Shown piece by piece: positions 47,120 through 61,000 of a stretch of 64,000 nt of DNA. Source of the stretch: Macrostomum hystrix (taxonomy: Eukaryota; Animalia; Platyhelminthes); contig CATNEN010000038.1 of NCBI GenBank assembly GCA_950097015.1, positions 4,588,001 through 4,652,000 on the forward strand, in the 5' to 3' direction. The position numbers and the translations under genes were made by a program. Every line of letters begins with the position of its first letter. The first letter of the stretch is position 1. The notes beneath the pieces were generated by a model. It was not told where the DNA came from. It made no database searches and was given only the letters and a program-made list of their open reading frames with translations.

Positions 47120-50100
47120 CATCTCTCCCGTGTGTTCCCTGTCTTATCTCTCCCCTGTCTCGTCTCTCCCCTGTCTCGTCTCTCCCCTGTCTCGTCTCTC
47201 CCCTGTCTCATCTCTCCCCTGTCTCATCTCTCCCCTGTCTTATCTCCCCCCTGTCTTATCTCCCCCTGTCTTATCTCTCCCCTGTCTCATCTCTCCCCTG
47301 TCTCGTATCTCCCCTGTCTCGTCTCTCCCCTGTCTCGTCTCTCCCCTGTCTTATCTCTCCCCTGTCTCATCTCTCCCCTGTCTCATCTCTCCCCTGTCTC
47401 GTCTCTCCCCTGTCTCCTGTCTTATCTCTCCCCTGTCTCATCTCTCCCCTGTCTCATATCTCCCCTGTCTTATCTCTCCCCTGTCTTATCTCTCCCCTGT
47501 CTCATCTCTCCCCTATCTCATCTCTCCCCTGTCTCCTGTCTCATCTCTCCCCTGTCTCCTGTCTTATCTCTCCGCTGTCTTATCTCTCCCCTGTCTTATC
47601 TCTCCCCTGTCTCCTGTCTTATCTCTCCCCTGTCTCCTGTCTTATCTCTCCCCTGTCTCATCTCTCCCCTGTCTCATATCTCCCCAGTCTTATCTCTCCC
47701 CTGTCTCATCTCTCCCCTATCTCATCTCTCCCCTGTCTCCTGTCTTAACTCTCCCCTGTCTCCTGTCTTATCTCTCCCCTGTCTCATCTCTCCCCTGTCT
47801 CATCTCTCCCCTGTCTCGTCTCTCCCCTGTCTCCTGTCTTATCTCTCCCCTGTCTCATCTCTCCCCTGTCTCATATCTCCCCTGTCTTATCTCTCCCCTG
47901 TCTTATCTCTCCCCTGTCTCATCTCTCCCCTATCTCATCTCTCCCCTGTCTCCTGTCTCATCTCTCCCCTGTCTCCTGTCTTATCTCTCCGCTGTCTTAT
48001 CTCTCCCCTGTCTTATCTCTCCCCTGTCTCCTGTCTTATCTCTCCCCTGTCTCCTGTCTTATCTCTCCCCTGTCTCATCTCTCCCCTGTCTCATATCTCC
48101 CCAGTCTTATCTCTCCCCTGTCTCATCTCTCCCCTATCTCATCTCTCCCCTGTCTCCTGTCTTAACTCTCCCCTGTCTCCTGTCTTATCTCTCCCCTGTC
48201 TTATCTCTCCCCTATCTCATCTCTCCCCTGTCTCATATCTCCCCAGTCTTATCTCTCCCCTGTCTCATCTCTCCCCTATCTCATCTCTCCCCTGTCTCCT
48301 GTCTTAACTCTCCCCTGTCTCATATCTCCCCTGTCTTATCTCTCCCCTATCTCATCTCTCCCCTGTCTCATATCTCCCCTGTCTTATCTCTCCCCTGTCT
48401 TATCTCTCCCCTGTCTCATCTCTCCCCTATCTCATCTCTCCCCTGTCTCCTGTCTTAACTCTCCCCTGTCTCCTGTCTTATCTCTCCCCTGTCTTATCTC
48501 TCCCCTGTCTCATCTCTCCCCTGTCTCATATCTCCCCAGTCTTATCTCTCCCCTGTCTCATCTCTCCCCTATCTCATCTCTCCCCTGTCTCCTGTCTTAA
48601 CTCTCCCCTGTCTCCTGTCTCATCTCTCCCCTATCTCATCTCTCCCCTGTCTCCTGTCTTAACTCTCCCCTGTCTCCTGTCTTATCTCTCCCCTGTCTTA
48701 TCTCTCCCCTGTCTCATCTCTCCCCAGTCTTATCTCTCCCCTGTCTCATCTCTCCCCTATCTCATCTCTCCCCTGTCTCCTGTCTTAACTCTCCCCTGTC
48801 TCCTGTCTTATCTCTCCCCTGTCTTATCTCTCCCCTATCTCATCTCTCCCCTGTCTCCTGTCTTATCTCTTCCCTGTCTCATCTCTCCCCTGTCTTATCT
48901 CTCCCCTGTCTCATCTCTCCCCTATCTCATCTCTCCCCTGTCTCCTGTCTTATCTCTTCCCTGTCTCATCTCTCCCCTGTCTCATCTCTCCCTTGTCTTA
49001 TCTCTCCCCTGTCTCCTGTCTCATCTCTTCCCTGTCTTATCTCTCCCCTGTCTCATCTCTCCCTTGTCTTATCTCTCCCCTGTCTCCTGTCTCATCTCTT
49101 CCCTGTCTCATCTCTCCCCTGTCTCATCTCTCCCCTGTCTCATCTCTCCCCTGTCTCATCTCTCCCCTGTCTCATCTCTCCCCTGTCTCGTCTCTCCCGT
49201 GTCTTATCTCCCCCGTGTCTTATCTCTCCCCTATCTCATCTCTCCTCCATCTTATCTCTCCCATGTGTTCTGGTTTCTGTTTTTGCCTGGCCCACGTGGT
49301 GAATAAAACTCTTATGAAGGCAAGAAAAAAAGTCTTATCTCTCCCCTGTCCCCTGTCTCATATCTCCCCTGTCTTATCTCTCCCCTATCTCATCTCTCCC
49401 CTGTCTCCTGTCTCATCTCTCCCCTGTCTCCTGTCTTATCTCTCCCCTGTCTTATCTCTCCCCTGTCTCCTGTCTTATCTCTCCCCTGTCTCATCTCTCC
49501 CCTGTCTCATATCTCCCCTGTCTTATCTCTCCCCTGTCTTATCTCTCCCCTATCTCATCTCTCCCCTGTCTCCTGTCTTAACTCTCCCCTGTCTCCTGTC
49601 TTATCTCTCCCCTGTCTTATCTCTCCCCTGTCTTATCTCTCCCCTGTCTCATCTCTCCCCTATCTCATCTCTCCCCTGTCTCCTGTCTTATCTCTCCCCT
49701 GTCTCCTGTCTTATCTCTCCCCTGTCTTATCTCTCCCCTGTCTCATCTCTCCCCTGTCTTATCTCTCCCCTGTCTCATCTCTCCCCTATCTCATCTCTCC
49801 CCTGTCTCCTGTCTCATTTCTCCCCTGTCTCCTGTCTCATCTCTCCCTGTCTTATCTCTCCCCTGTCTCATCTCTCCCTGTCTTATCTCTCCCCTGTCTT
49901 ATCTCTCCCTGTCTTATCTCTCCCTTGTCTTATCTCTCCCTTGTCTTATCTCTCCCCTGTCTCCTGTCTCATCTCTTCCCTGTCTTATCTCTCCCCTGTC
50001 TCATCTCTCCCTGTCTTATCTCTCCCCTGTCTCATCTCTCCCTGTCTTATCTCTCCCCTGTCTTATCTCTCCCTGTCTTATCTCTCCCTGTCTTATCTCT

Positions 50101-51600
50101 CCCCTGTCTCATCTCTCCCTTGTCTTATCTCTCCCCTGTCTCCTGTCTCATCTCTTCCCTGTCTTATCTCTCCCCTGTCTCATCTCTCCCTGTCTTATCT
50201 CTCCCCTGTCTCATCTCTCCCTGTCTTATCTCTCCCCTGTCTTATCTCTCCCTGTCTTATCTCTCCCTGTCTTATCTCTCCCTGTCTTATCTCTCCCCTG
50301 TCTCATCTCTCCCTTGTCTTATCTCTCCCCTGTCTCCTGTCTCATCTCTTCCCTGTCTTATCTCTCCCCTGTCTCATCTCTCCCTTGTCTTATCTCTCCC
50401 CTGTCTCCTGTCTCATCTCTTCCCTGTCTTATCTCTCCCCTGTCTCATCTCTCCCTGTCTTATATCTCCCCTGTCTCATCTCTCCCTGTCTTATCTCTCC
50501 CCTGTCTTATCTCTCCCCTGTCTCATCTCTCCCTTGTCTTATCTCTCCCCTGTCTCCTGTCTCATCTCTTCCCTATCTTATCTCTCCCCTGTCTCATCTC
50601 TCCCTGTCTTATCTCTCCCCTGTCTCATCTCTCCCTTGTCTTATCTCTCCCCTGTCTCCTGTCTCATCTCTTCCCTGTCTTATCTCTCCCCTGTCTCATC
50701 TCTCCCTGTCTTATCTCTCCCCTGTCTTATCTCTCCCTGTCTTATCTCTCCCTGTCTTATCTCTCTCTTGTCTTATCTCTCCCTGTCTTATCTCTCCCCT
50801 GTCTCATCTCTCCCTTGTCTTATCTCTCCCCTGTCTCCTGTCTCATCTCTTCCCTGTCTTATCTCTCCCCTGTCTCATCTCTCCCTGTCTTATCTCTCCC
50901 CTGTCTTATCTCTCCCTGTCTTATCTCTCCCCTGTCTTATCTCTCCCTGTCTTATCTCTCCCCTGTCTCATCTCTCCCTTGTCTTATCTCTCCCCTGTCT
51001 CCTGTCTCATCTCTTCCCTGTCTTATCTCTCCCCTGTCTCATCTCTCCCTGTCTTATTTCTCCCCTGTCTTATCTCTCCCTGTCTTATCTCTCCCCTGTC
51101 TCATCTCTCCCCTGTCTCGTCTCTCCCGTGTCTTATCTCTCCCCTGTCTTATCTCTCCCCTGTCTTATCTCTCCCCTGTCTCATCTCTCCCCTGTCTTAT
51201 CTCTCCCCTGTCTTATCTCTCCCCTGTCTCATCTCTCCCTGTCTCATCTCTCCTGTCTTATCTCTCCCCTGTCTCATCTCTCCCCTGTCTCATCTCTCCC
51301 CTGTCTTATCTCTCCCCTGTCTCATCTCTCCCCTGTCTCATCTCTCCCTTGTCTTATCTCTCCCCTGTCTCTTGTCTCATCTCTTCCCTGTCTTATCTCT
51401 CCCCTGTCTCATCTCTCCCCTGTCTCATCTCTCCCCTGTCTCATCTCTCCCCTGTCTCGTCTCTCCCGTGTCTTATCTCCCCCGTGTCTTATCTCTCCTC
51501 TATCTCATGTCTCCTCCATCTTATCTCTCCCATGTGTTCTGGTTTCTGTTTTTGCCTGGCCCGCGTGGTGAATAAAACTCTTATGAAGGCAAGAAAAAAG
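47120..51600. repeat. Pyrimidine-rich ~17-bp satellite CTGTC(T/TC)ATCTCTCCCC with a higher-order duplication
   Basis: 4.5-kb array; a unique ~75-bp tail is repeated at ~49260 and ~51530. Confidence 0.95.
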
Positions 51601-52079
51601 TCCTGCAAATATCACTTCTATTCTCTTCTACTGGCGAAACATTTGTGTTATAAATAAATACATCAAATATATCAAATATATTTCAATAAACTTTTCTCCC
51701 AGTGTGACATTACATTTTTTGCTGACGTCAGTCTGATCGTCAGTCCATCGTTTGACGAAGCTAAAAACGATGCACTTTAAACCATCCAAACTTTGTGCAA
51801 GCAAGCTTTCAGCTTTCTCAGCTTTGAAGTCTGAAAAAAATTGAATATAAGAGGTCAAGAAATATTTGCCATTCATTTACATTCCTGCACTACAGCAAGA
51901 AGAGGTGAACTTGACTGTGAACCCGGAACTTTTGAGCTAATATTTAGCATTGCTGAGAGCTGGAGTCAACATCTGACTGTCAAGAGCATGAGATTCGCAG
52001 GCAACATGAATATTGACTTCCTCCTTGGCCATTCATTCCTACCATGATTCTGCCTCCGTCTTCCAGCCCTTCAGTCTTT

Positions 52080-52535
52080 CCCCCATTTCTCCCTTCACTC
52101 CTTCCTCCCTTCCTACCTTCACTCCTTCCTCCCTTCCTCCTTTCCTCCCTTCCTACCTTCACTCCTTCCTCCCTTCTCCCTTCACTCCTTTCCTCCCTTC
52201 TCCCTTCACTCCTTTCCTCCCTTCTCCCTTCACCCCTTCCTCCCTTCCTACCTTCACTCCTTCCTCCCTTCCTCCCTTACTCCCTTCCTACCTTCCTCCC
52301 TTCACTCCTTCCTCCCTTCACTCCTTCCTCCCTTCCTCCCTTCACTCCTTCCTCCCTTCACTCCTTCCTCCCTTCTCCCTTCACTCCTTCCTCCCTTCAC
52401 TCCTTCCTCCCTTCTCCCTTCACTCCTTCCTCCCTTCCTACCTTCTCTTTTACCTCCCTTCCTCCCTTACTCCCTTCCTACCTTCCTCCCTTCCTCCCTT
52501 CCTCCCTTCACCCCTTCACTCTCTTCCTCCCTTCA
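52080..52535. repeat. CT-rich low-complexity repeat (CCTTCACTCCTTCCTC)
   Basis: Visible. Confidence 0.85.
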
Positions 52536-53792
52536 CCATTCGCTTTCTTTATTCCCTGCCGGGTCACTCCTTTCGCTCCCTTTAATTTAGTACGTCTTTT
52601 CATTATCTTTCTTCTATCCTCTTTTTGTCTTCTAGCATGCAAAGAAATAAAGTAATTTGCTTTAGACTGGTTACTTGCATCACCAAATGAACATGGAATT
52701 GAAAAAGTACAGAAATTATAGTTCCTTTGTAACAGCTATATATGGCCTGCTCCAACTTGCACAGTAAAGCAGAACACACATGATACTATAAAGTAAACAG
52801 AAAAGTTTTATAGTCTAAATATTGGTAGAGCAGACAGAGCAGAAAACAATTTTTGCATTTCGTTTCATCTTACAAAGTACTGCGCGATTCTATATATTCA
52901 TATTCCGCCAATTTTTTATCTAGAATTTCAACGATTGCAAACACGATGTAAGTTTTATATGTACATGGCTTTTATTGTCGTGGCTTTACATGCGTTGTCA
53001 TAGATGTAGCAGTTTGATCGAGTAACAAGGCTAGAATGTCCAGAAACTATGGCCGCTTTTGTCACGAACCTTTAGTTGGCCCTCGAAAAGCCATAAATGC
53101 TAAAGATCATCTATAGCACGACAAGTCTACTGACACACGAAACATTGGCCCTTGTTGGCGACTTTATATAGACTCGTAAATCGAAGGAATTGAATCCTGA
53201 TTGTTGTCGAGAGCTAAACAAAAACAAAACAAAAGCTAATCAGACTGAGTGTGTCAAAAAAATGTAGAAAAATATAAGCTAAATGAATAAATAGAATAAA
53301 TGAACAATTACTCTTTACATTCCGGTCTTGAAATTGCGTAGTTTTGATATCGTATTTGTACCCGTATACGCACAAAGTTAACATCCGAACTTTCGCCTAT
53401 TTTATGTAGAATATTCATTTAATTAATGCTGATTGTTGTCTTGCTTCGCATGTATTATTGTAATTGGTTATGTAGTGGTTATGTCTAGTCTTTTTGTACC
53501 CCAAGTATAATATAAATATTCTCGATATCAGCAATTCATAAATACACCGTTATACCGCTACACCTCAACATACCGCAAAACCGTAACACCGCTATAAAAT
53601 ACACCGCTACAAAATATATTAAAAATGTACGCTTTAAGCGTAGGCTATTTTGTTTTTTATTTTCAACCAGATAAAACACGTCCTTAGTTGTTATTGTGGG
53701 CACGTTAAAAAAGCAGGACACGTAACATTTTGTTCTAATTAAGAAAACTCGGAAAACGATATGTGGTCCATTTATGTGATGCTGTGAATAGA

Positions 53793-54764
53793 GGGGTGTG
53801 TATAATCTATGGGTCTGGGCACACTGGGCTCACTGGGTTTAAAATAATAAAACAAAGTATATAAGTTCGAAAAATTACTAAAGCTTATTCTGATATCGCT
53901 AACCTTGCGCTATTTTTTGCTGACACTTGATTTTGGCGTATTTTTATTTTTTTAGCGTGTCAAAAGCTAAAGCTGAAACTATGAGGCCGCCATAGCATGT
54001 AAAATTTACAACTATTAAATTATGGTTTTCATTTTTTTTCATTCATTTTTTGTACACTAGGCATTTAAATTTTTTTATTAAAACATTTGTTTCGAAATGT
54101 AACTTGTACGTTTTCAATGTTTTTGTCTTAAAGTTTTTTACACACTTAGCATTTCAGCATACTTTATTTAAATTGTGCGGATATTGATACATTTTTTTGT
54201 AGTTCTACGGTTTTGTTTTTTTTGTTTTTTTTCTAACCAGTCGGCAAATATTTTCCTATTTGCTGGGCTCCGCAAATTAGTTTTAACTTTCTAGTCAGCT
54301 CTATATGTGTTCCACAGCGTATGTATTATCCTTACTTTTGTTGGTAAATATACGTAATTGGCAGCTTGTTGACACGGATTTTTTTTCCATGCCTTCTTCT
54401 TTAACAGAAACTATTAGAAACAAAAATCATTACAAAGTAAATCATTTTTATAATTTACCAGCAAACAAGTTGAGTAATTACTACAGCTTTCTCGTTGCTT
54501 TTCGAGAAAAAGTAAAGCTTTCAGTTGAAAGCAAATATTTTATCGAAAGGAAGTTGAAAATCGTTGTTAAAACATTTTAGTTATCAAGTAAAGACGTAGC
54601 AATTTTAAATAAACGTTTCTGAAAATAAAAAAAATATTTTTCTATTTTCCTCTTCTTGCATTAAACGCTGATGAAGGTAAAGAAATGTATTTTTTGTTAT
54701 AATGTTTCAAACCCAGCACGGTCCCAGTGTGCCCAATGCGAGCCCATGTTTTATACACCCCCCG
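53793..54764. mobile_element. Old non-autonomous TIR element, ~970 bp
   Basis: Imperfect ~60-bp inverted ends (GGGG..TGTATAA..ATGGG..TGGGCACACTGGG..CTGGGTTT.AAA); GAATAG(AG) directly repeated on both flanks. Confidence 0.6.
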
Positions 54765-55162
54765 GAATAGAGCAAACAATTCATGTACAGATTTTTAACA
54801 TATTATAGTTAAAGACTGTCCCAGACATACTCTCCTGCGTTGCATTTTTTACATTTGATTTGGCGCAAAGTTTGTTCTTGTACAGTTCCAATTTCAGGTT
54901 TTAAATTTGCATGATTAGGCCCCTACAATTTATTTATTTTCATTTCATTGGTTTTCTATATTAATATACTTGTAGTACAAAGCACCATGTTCATATGCAT
55001 GACAGGATATAAATGCCTAGCCGATATACATTGCAGACCAAGTTAACCCAACTAAGATGTGAAGCATTGCTTGATGCTGGTATGGGCCTGGTTAGACAAT
55101 TTGGACAATTGGCCAAAGCTTTGCTAAGCCTTGCTATATGTAGGCCTATCTGACTATAGTAT

Positions 55163-55531
55163 CATACATGCGCAACACCCTGGCCCTCGTTTCACCCGGC
55201 TGGTTCGGCTGGGTCGGCGGGTGTTGCGGTACCGGATAAAACGCGGAAACGGAAACGCAACACCCGGCCAACCCAGCCGAACCAGCCGGGTGAAACGAGG
55301 GCCAAGCAAGGTAAGTCGCAAAAACCAATTGACCAAGCGCAAAAAAATCAAAGGGGGGACCAAGGGACAAAAAAGGAAGGCATGAAGAAAAGGAAAAAGA
55401 GGAGAGAAAAAGAGAGCAAATGAGAGCAAACTAAGTCGTAAATAGAGCAATGAAACAAACTATGTCGCAAATGAGAGCAAAAACTAAGTCGCATGTATGT
55501 AAACTAAGATTTGGGAGGTTGCGCATGTATG
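55163..55531. mobile_element. MITE with CATACATGCGCAAC terminal inverted repeats and an internal GC-rich hairpin
   Basis: Perfect 14-bp TIR; homologous to 32421-32672. Confidence 0.7.
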
Positions 55532-58016
55532 TATAGGCCTAGTATACCTTATATTGTACATATAGATATAGGGCTATAGGCCTAGGCCTAGTAGTAATAA
55601 AAAGTTATAACACTGAGATTCCTTCCTATTTTGTTAATTGAATTGAACTATGTGTAGGTGTAGGCCTAGCTATTGCAGCCTGCCCTGCCCCATCCACATT
55701 ATAATAGGCCTATTTAATTTTAGGTTCCTAACTAACATCCTAGACACTGTACTATACCTAAGCTTTTGGATGTTTTTTAATCTGCCTACCTGTTTGGGTT
55801 TAGTAAAACTAAATTAGGTGCTTCATCCACCTCCTTGTTGCATCCTTAGGACCTCAGGTCAGACATGGTACCTATACCTAGATACTTTGTCATCTTACAA
55901 CTTTGTCATCTAGATGACGATCTGTCCAATATCTCAGAGGGTGGATGACAAAGAGACAGACTTGTGGACACTTTGTCATCTATAAAACAAAATTTTTCAA
56001 AGTTAGAACAGAACCACCCCTCCTCACATTGTGTTGGCACCTATCTTTCAACTCTTATAATGAAATCAGTTTTGACACCTTTTTGAAAATTTAGAGTATG
56101 AAGTGTGTTCACATCTCTGCCCCACAACCCCACCCTCACTTTATTGATGACAAACCTAATTGATTGTTATTACTAGATAATGAACTGACCAAACTTTAAA
56201 GCATGCCAATTAGCCAGATGATGAAGTGTCCTACCTTCCAAGTGGATAACAAAGTGTCTAAGATCTGTCAGACACCGTGCAGCTAAGTCAAAGTAAGTCA
56301 GTCTACCTACCTACCACTATACCACTTAGTGGAAATAGAATAGTGGTCTGACAAAGGCCTTAACATTAGACACTGCCATCCACATTTGTATTGTTAGGCA
56401 AATTGCCATTTTATAGTTATAGTATAGACCTAGTTTCTTTCTTTATTTCTTTATTCTTGAACATACTTTGGTATTGCCCTTGGGATTGGGGTACTTTGCC
56501 CCTTCATTTGATGTAGTTGTTTATTTTTGTAGTAGGGTAGGTCCCTATTGTAAAAAATGATTAGATCTACCTAAGATTTATAGCTCTGAGTTAGCTCTGA
56601 TTTATAGTTCTGAGTGTAGGTCCTAATTATGTCATTAAGTAGTTAAATACTTGCTTAAAAAGGAGCTGTTATTTGGTCTTATAAATTTCATATGCTGGCT
56701 AAGTGAAAAACCTAGCTAAACATTGACCAAATTAAGCTATTTTTCTGTGTCAGTATATATTATAACTTCTATGCAGTATTAGGCCTAAAGAAAAATACAA
56801 TTTAAAGTCTTGTTGATTCCCTGTCCAAAAATAAATTATCAACAATTTTCTAGTTTTGCATGTTTAATTTTTAATTAAAGATAAAGACTTTTCAGCTACC
56901 ACAAGTAATTGTTTGAACTGATGTGATTGCCTAGGCCTAATAATTTTATAGAATAAAAAATATAGGACTAGGTTGAGTGCAGCTAATAAATTGTATATGA
57001 TTCAATATAATATATGCCCAATTCTATTAGTTTTCAGATGTTGTATGCCACCTGAGAAGTTGTAATGATTTTCAATAGTATATGTATAGTATTGTAAATA
57101 ATTTCAATATAATTTAAACAACAAAAAACTAATAATCTATCTGTCCTAGGCTTTCCTTACCTATATCTTTTTGGCAATCCTCTAGCTTTGCATGTTGAAA
57201 TATTTAGCAATTAGCTAATTAGCAACAAATTTCCTAACATTATACCAATCAAATAATTAAACTCATTCAAGCTTTTTAACTGCTGTGGTTGTACAAGGCT
57301 ATGTATTTAGCAAAATATTCACATTTGCAAGAGTTTTCTAATGATGTAGCAGTGCTGTCTATGGCCATGCAGTTGTATATGTTGCAATGTGACTGTCTAT
57401 GGCCAAAACTTAAGACAAAGTGATAAGTGGCAGGAAGGACAAAAAAGGTTAGATTAATAGTTCTTGTGTTGTTAGCAATCATGGCTGGACACCTCTTGTG
57501 GACCTGCAACCTGCTATGGATCTATTTAACTTAAACCCCTTGATTGCAAAAGCTAAGTGCAATCACAGCATCATTTTCTGGGTGCACACTACTATACCAT
57601 CTGAGCATGCCACCATGACATCTGAGTGGCTTGTTGGTTGTTACTCTGTTAAAATTTCAAAAGTTGTTATGTTCCATTAAAATGTGACAGTTTTGACAAT
57701 GTCAACTTTATAGAAACAAGATAACAATCGAGTCTAACAATAGGCCTATCTAAGTTTATTTAGCCCACTGTTTCTGCCAAGCAGGAAATCAGCTACTAGT
57801 TTGGAGGTTACATATAATAATATTAATCTAGAAAATACATATTATCTGCTGCGTATTTTTGTACTTTTCAGACTTTTAAAGGCAATCAATATCAGCGGAG
57901 CACAGAAACTAGAGACTTTGATAGATCATGGACTATGCTCTAAAACTGCTCAATCATTAGTCGGCTAAGGTCTTTTGGTACTGTTTTTTTCATATAACAA
58001 ACTAAAATAAAATGGG

Positions 58017-61000
58017 ATGAGTGAACAAGATGCAGTCGATGGCAGCAAAGCCGTTGTGGCCGACAATAGCGATTCGCCAGCTGGCATCCAGCTGGTTTGG
58101 ATTGGCCAGCGTGACCTTTTCTCCGATTCTAAAAATAATACTGAAGATGGATTTACTGCCCTGAGCTCGTCTGGGTCTAATGAGAGTTCGTTGAGACAAA
58201 GTCAATATTTGGTTGAGACCAATTCCACTAGTCGAATGAAGAAGATAGATTTTGTGCTAACTTATCATCAGCGCAATCAGTCTAGCGGTTTGAGCAGCAG
58301 CGAGCAACGAGCCGACCAGCTGCGCGCCAACCTGATCGCTTCGCTGCGTTCTCAAGGTGTCGACGTTGAACTTGCTGCAAAATCTGTCAGCAATGAGGAT
58401 GTTAATGAGGATGGCGGTACCACTGTAGAGTATCTGCTGTTGCACGCCACGTTTCCCTTACTGGCCAGGTCTGCTTCAAAATCTGTCTTTTGTCCTTGTG
58501 TTTATATTTGTGTCCTTGAGCAAGGCACTTCATTCCCTAGATCAGCTGTGCCACTGGCTGTATATCTTAGGAACTAAGCTTAGTGTAATTAAATTAAACT
58601 TTGTGTAAAATCTTCAATATGCTAGATTTGACAGCCTCAGGCTGAATCCTTCAGGTTAGCCCACCAGCCTCAGGCTGAATCCTTCAGGTTAGCCCACCAG
58701 CCTCAGGCTGAATCCTTCAGGTTAGTCTACCAGCCTCAGTCTAAAACCTTCAGGTTAGCCTACCAGCCTCAGTCTAAAACCTTCAAGTTAGCCTGCCAGC
58801 CTCAGTCTAAAACCTTCAGGTTAGCCCACCAGCCTCAGTCTAAAACCTTCAGGTTAGCCCACCAGCCTCAGTCTAAACCTTCAGGTTAGCCCACCAGCCT
58901 CAGTCTAAAACCTTCAGGTTAGCCCACTAGCCTCAGTCTAAAACCTTACAGGTTAGCCCACCAGCCTCAGGTTGAAACCGAAAACCTTGCAAAATTGCTA
59001 TAGTGCTAACTGCATTAACATCAACAGGTAGGCCGAAGCAATAAAACTACAAATGCCGCTGCGAGATCAAAGCCTTAGCGAGAGCGAAGACGATGCCACG
59101 GCGACTGGCGCATTGACCACCGCGACAGTTGTTACGCCCACAGACATAGACAAAGCGAGGCCCGTATGCTGCTGCCTGTGCAGGGTGTTTCGCCACTCCG
59201 AAGACAACGCTGGCGATAGGAACGATTTATTTACGGCGCCATTTATCGAAGACCGTCCAGAAATGTTCGACATTGCCGACGTTGACAGTTTCTTCACCAG
59301 TGCACAGCGATCTTTGCTGCTGCACACCGCACTGATCTCTCTGCCACAGTTCAATCGCTGCGTTTCAGCCGGCGCCATCAAGGAGGCTTATCCTCTGCAT
59401 GACGGCGGGCACAAGCCGCCATCGCAGGCTGCCACCGGTGTAGCCGGCTGCGAAAATGACAGGCAGGAGCTGTACCTGCTGTGGGCTGCCGGCAGAAACT
59501 GGTATCGATTCCAGCCGCTGATGCTTATTAGGCGCTACTTTGGAGAGAAGGTTTGTGAGGCTGACTGCTGAATTGGGTATGATGTACTTTGCGATTAGTA
59601 GCCATAAATAGCAGCCCTACTCCGTATTGTACTGTAGCCGTAGCTATTGCATTACTGTAGCCGTAGCTATTGCATTACTGTAGCCATAGCTATTGCATTA
59701 CTGTAGCTGTAGCTATTGCATTACTGTAGCTGTAGCTATTGCATTACTGTAGCTGTAGCATTTGCATTACTGATGCTGTAGCTATTGCATTACTGTAGCT
59801 GTAGCATTTGCATTACTGATGCTGTAGCTATTGCATTACTGTAGCCGTAGCTATTGCATTACTGTAGCCATAGCTATTGCATTACTGTAGCTGTAGCTAT
59901 TGCATTACTGTAGCTGTAGCTATTGCATTACTGTAGCTGTAGCATTTGCATTACTGTAGCTGTAGCTATTGCATTACTGATGCTGTAGCTATTGCATTAC
60001 TGTAGCTGTAGCTATTGCATTACTGTAGCTGTAGCTATTGCATTACTGTAGCCGTAGCTATTGCATTACTGATGCTGTAGCTATTGCATTACTGTAGCTG
60101 TAGCTATTGCATTACTGTAGCCGTAGCTATTGCATTACTGATGCTGTAGCTATTGCATTACTGTAGCCGTAGCTATTGCATTACTGATGCTGTAGCTATT
60201 GCATTACTGTAGCCGTAGCTATTGCATTACTGATGCTGTAGCTATTGCATTACTGTAGCTGTAGCTATTGCATTACTGTAGCCGTAGCTATTGCATTACT
60301 GTAGCTGTAGCTATTGCATTACTGTAGCTGTAGCTATTGCATTACTGTAGCCGTAGCTATTGCCTTACTGTAGCTGTAGCTATTGCATTACTGTAGCTGT
60401 AGCTATTGCATTACTGTAGCTGTAGCTATTGCATTACTGTAGCTGTAGCTATTGCATTACTGTAGCCGTAGCTATTGCATTACTGTAGCTGTAGCTATTG
60501 CATTACTGTAGCTGTAGCTATTGCATTACTGTAGCTGTAGCATTTGCATTACTGTAGCTGTAGCATTTGCATTACTGTAGCCATAGCTATTGCATTACTG
60601 TAGCTGTAGCTATTGCATTACTGTAGCCGTAGCTATTGCACTACTGTAGCCGTAGCTATTGCATTACTGTAGCCGTAGCTATTGCATTACTGTAGCTATT
60701 GCATTACTGTAGCCGTAGCTATTGCACTACTGTAGCCGTAGCTATTGCATTACTGTAGCCGTAGCTATTGCATTACTGTAGCCGTAGCTATTGCTACGGA
60801 CATATGTAGTCTATTGTAGTCCTAGTGACATTAATTAACTGTAGTCACACTCAGTGCATATCTGGACCTGTAGTTAATGTTTACAAAATCTGTAGTAATT
60901 GTTTTATGTGTGGCTAAGCAAGCCCTCGCCATTAAAATTACTTATCGTAGCCGTAATAGTTCATTGCTTTTAAATCTATATTCAAACACTGACAGGTAGC

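Noticed and set aside
55863-56280. Possible decayed MITE (ACTTTGTCATC motifs in inverted orientation)
   Set aside because: Ends too diverged and no TSD; cannot be delimited.
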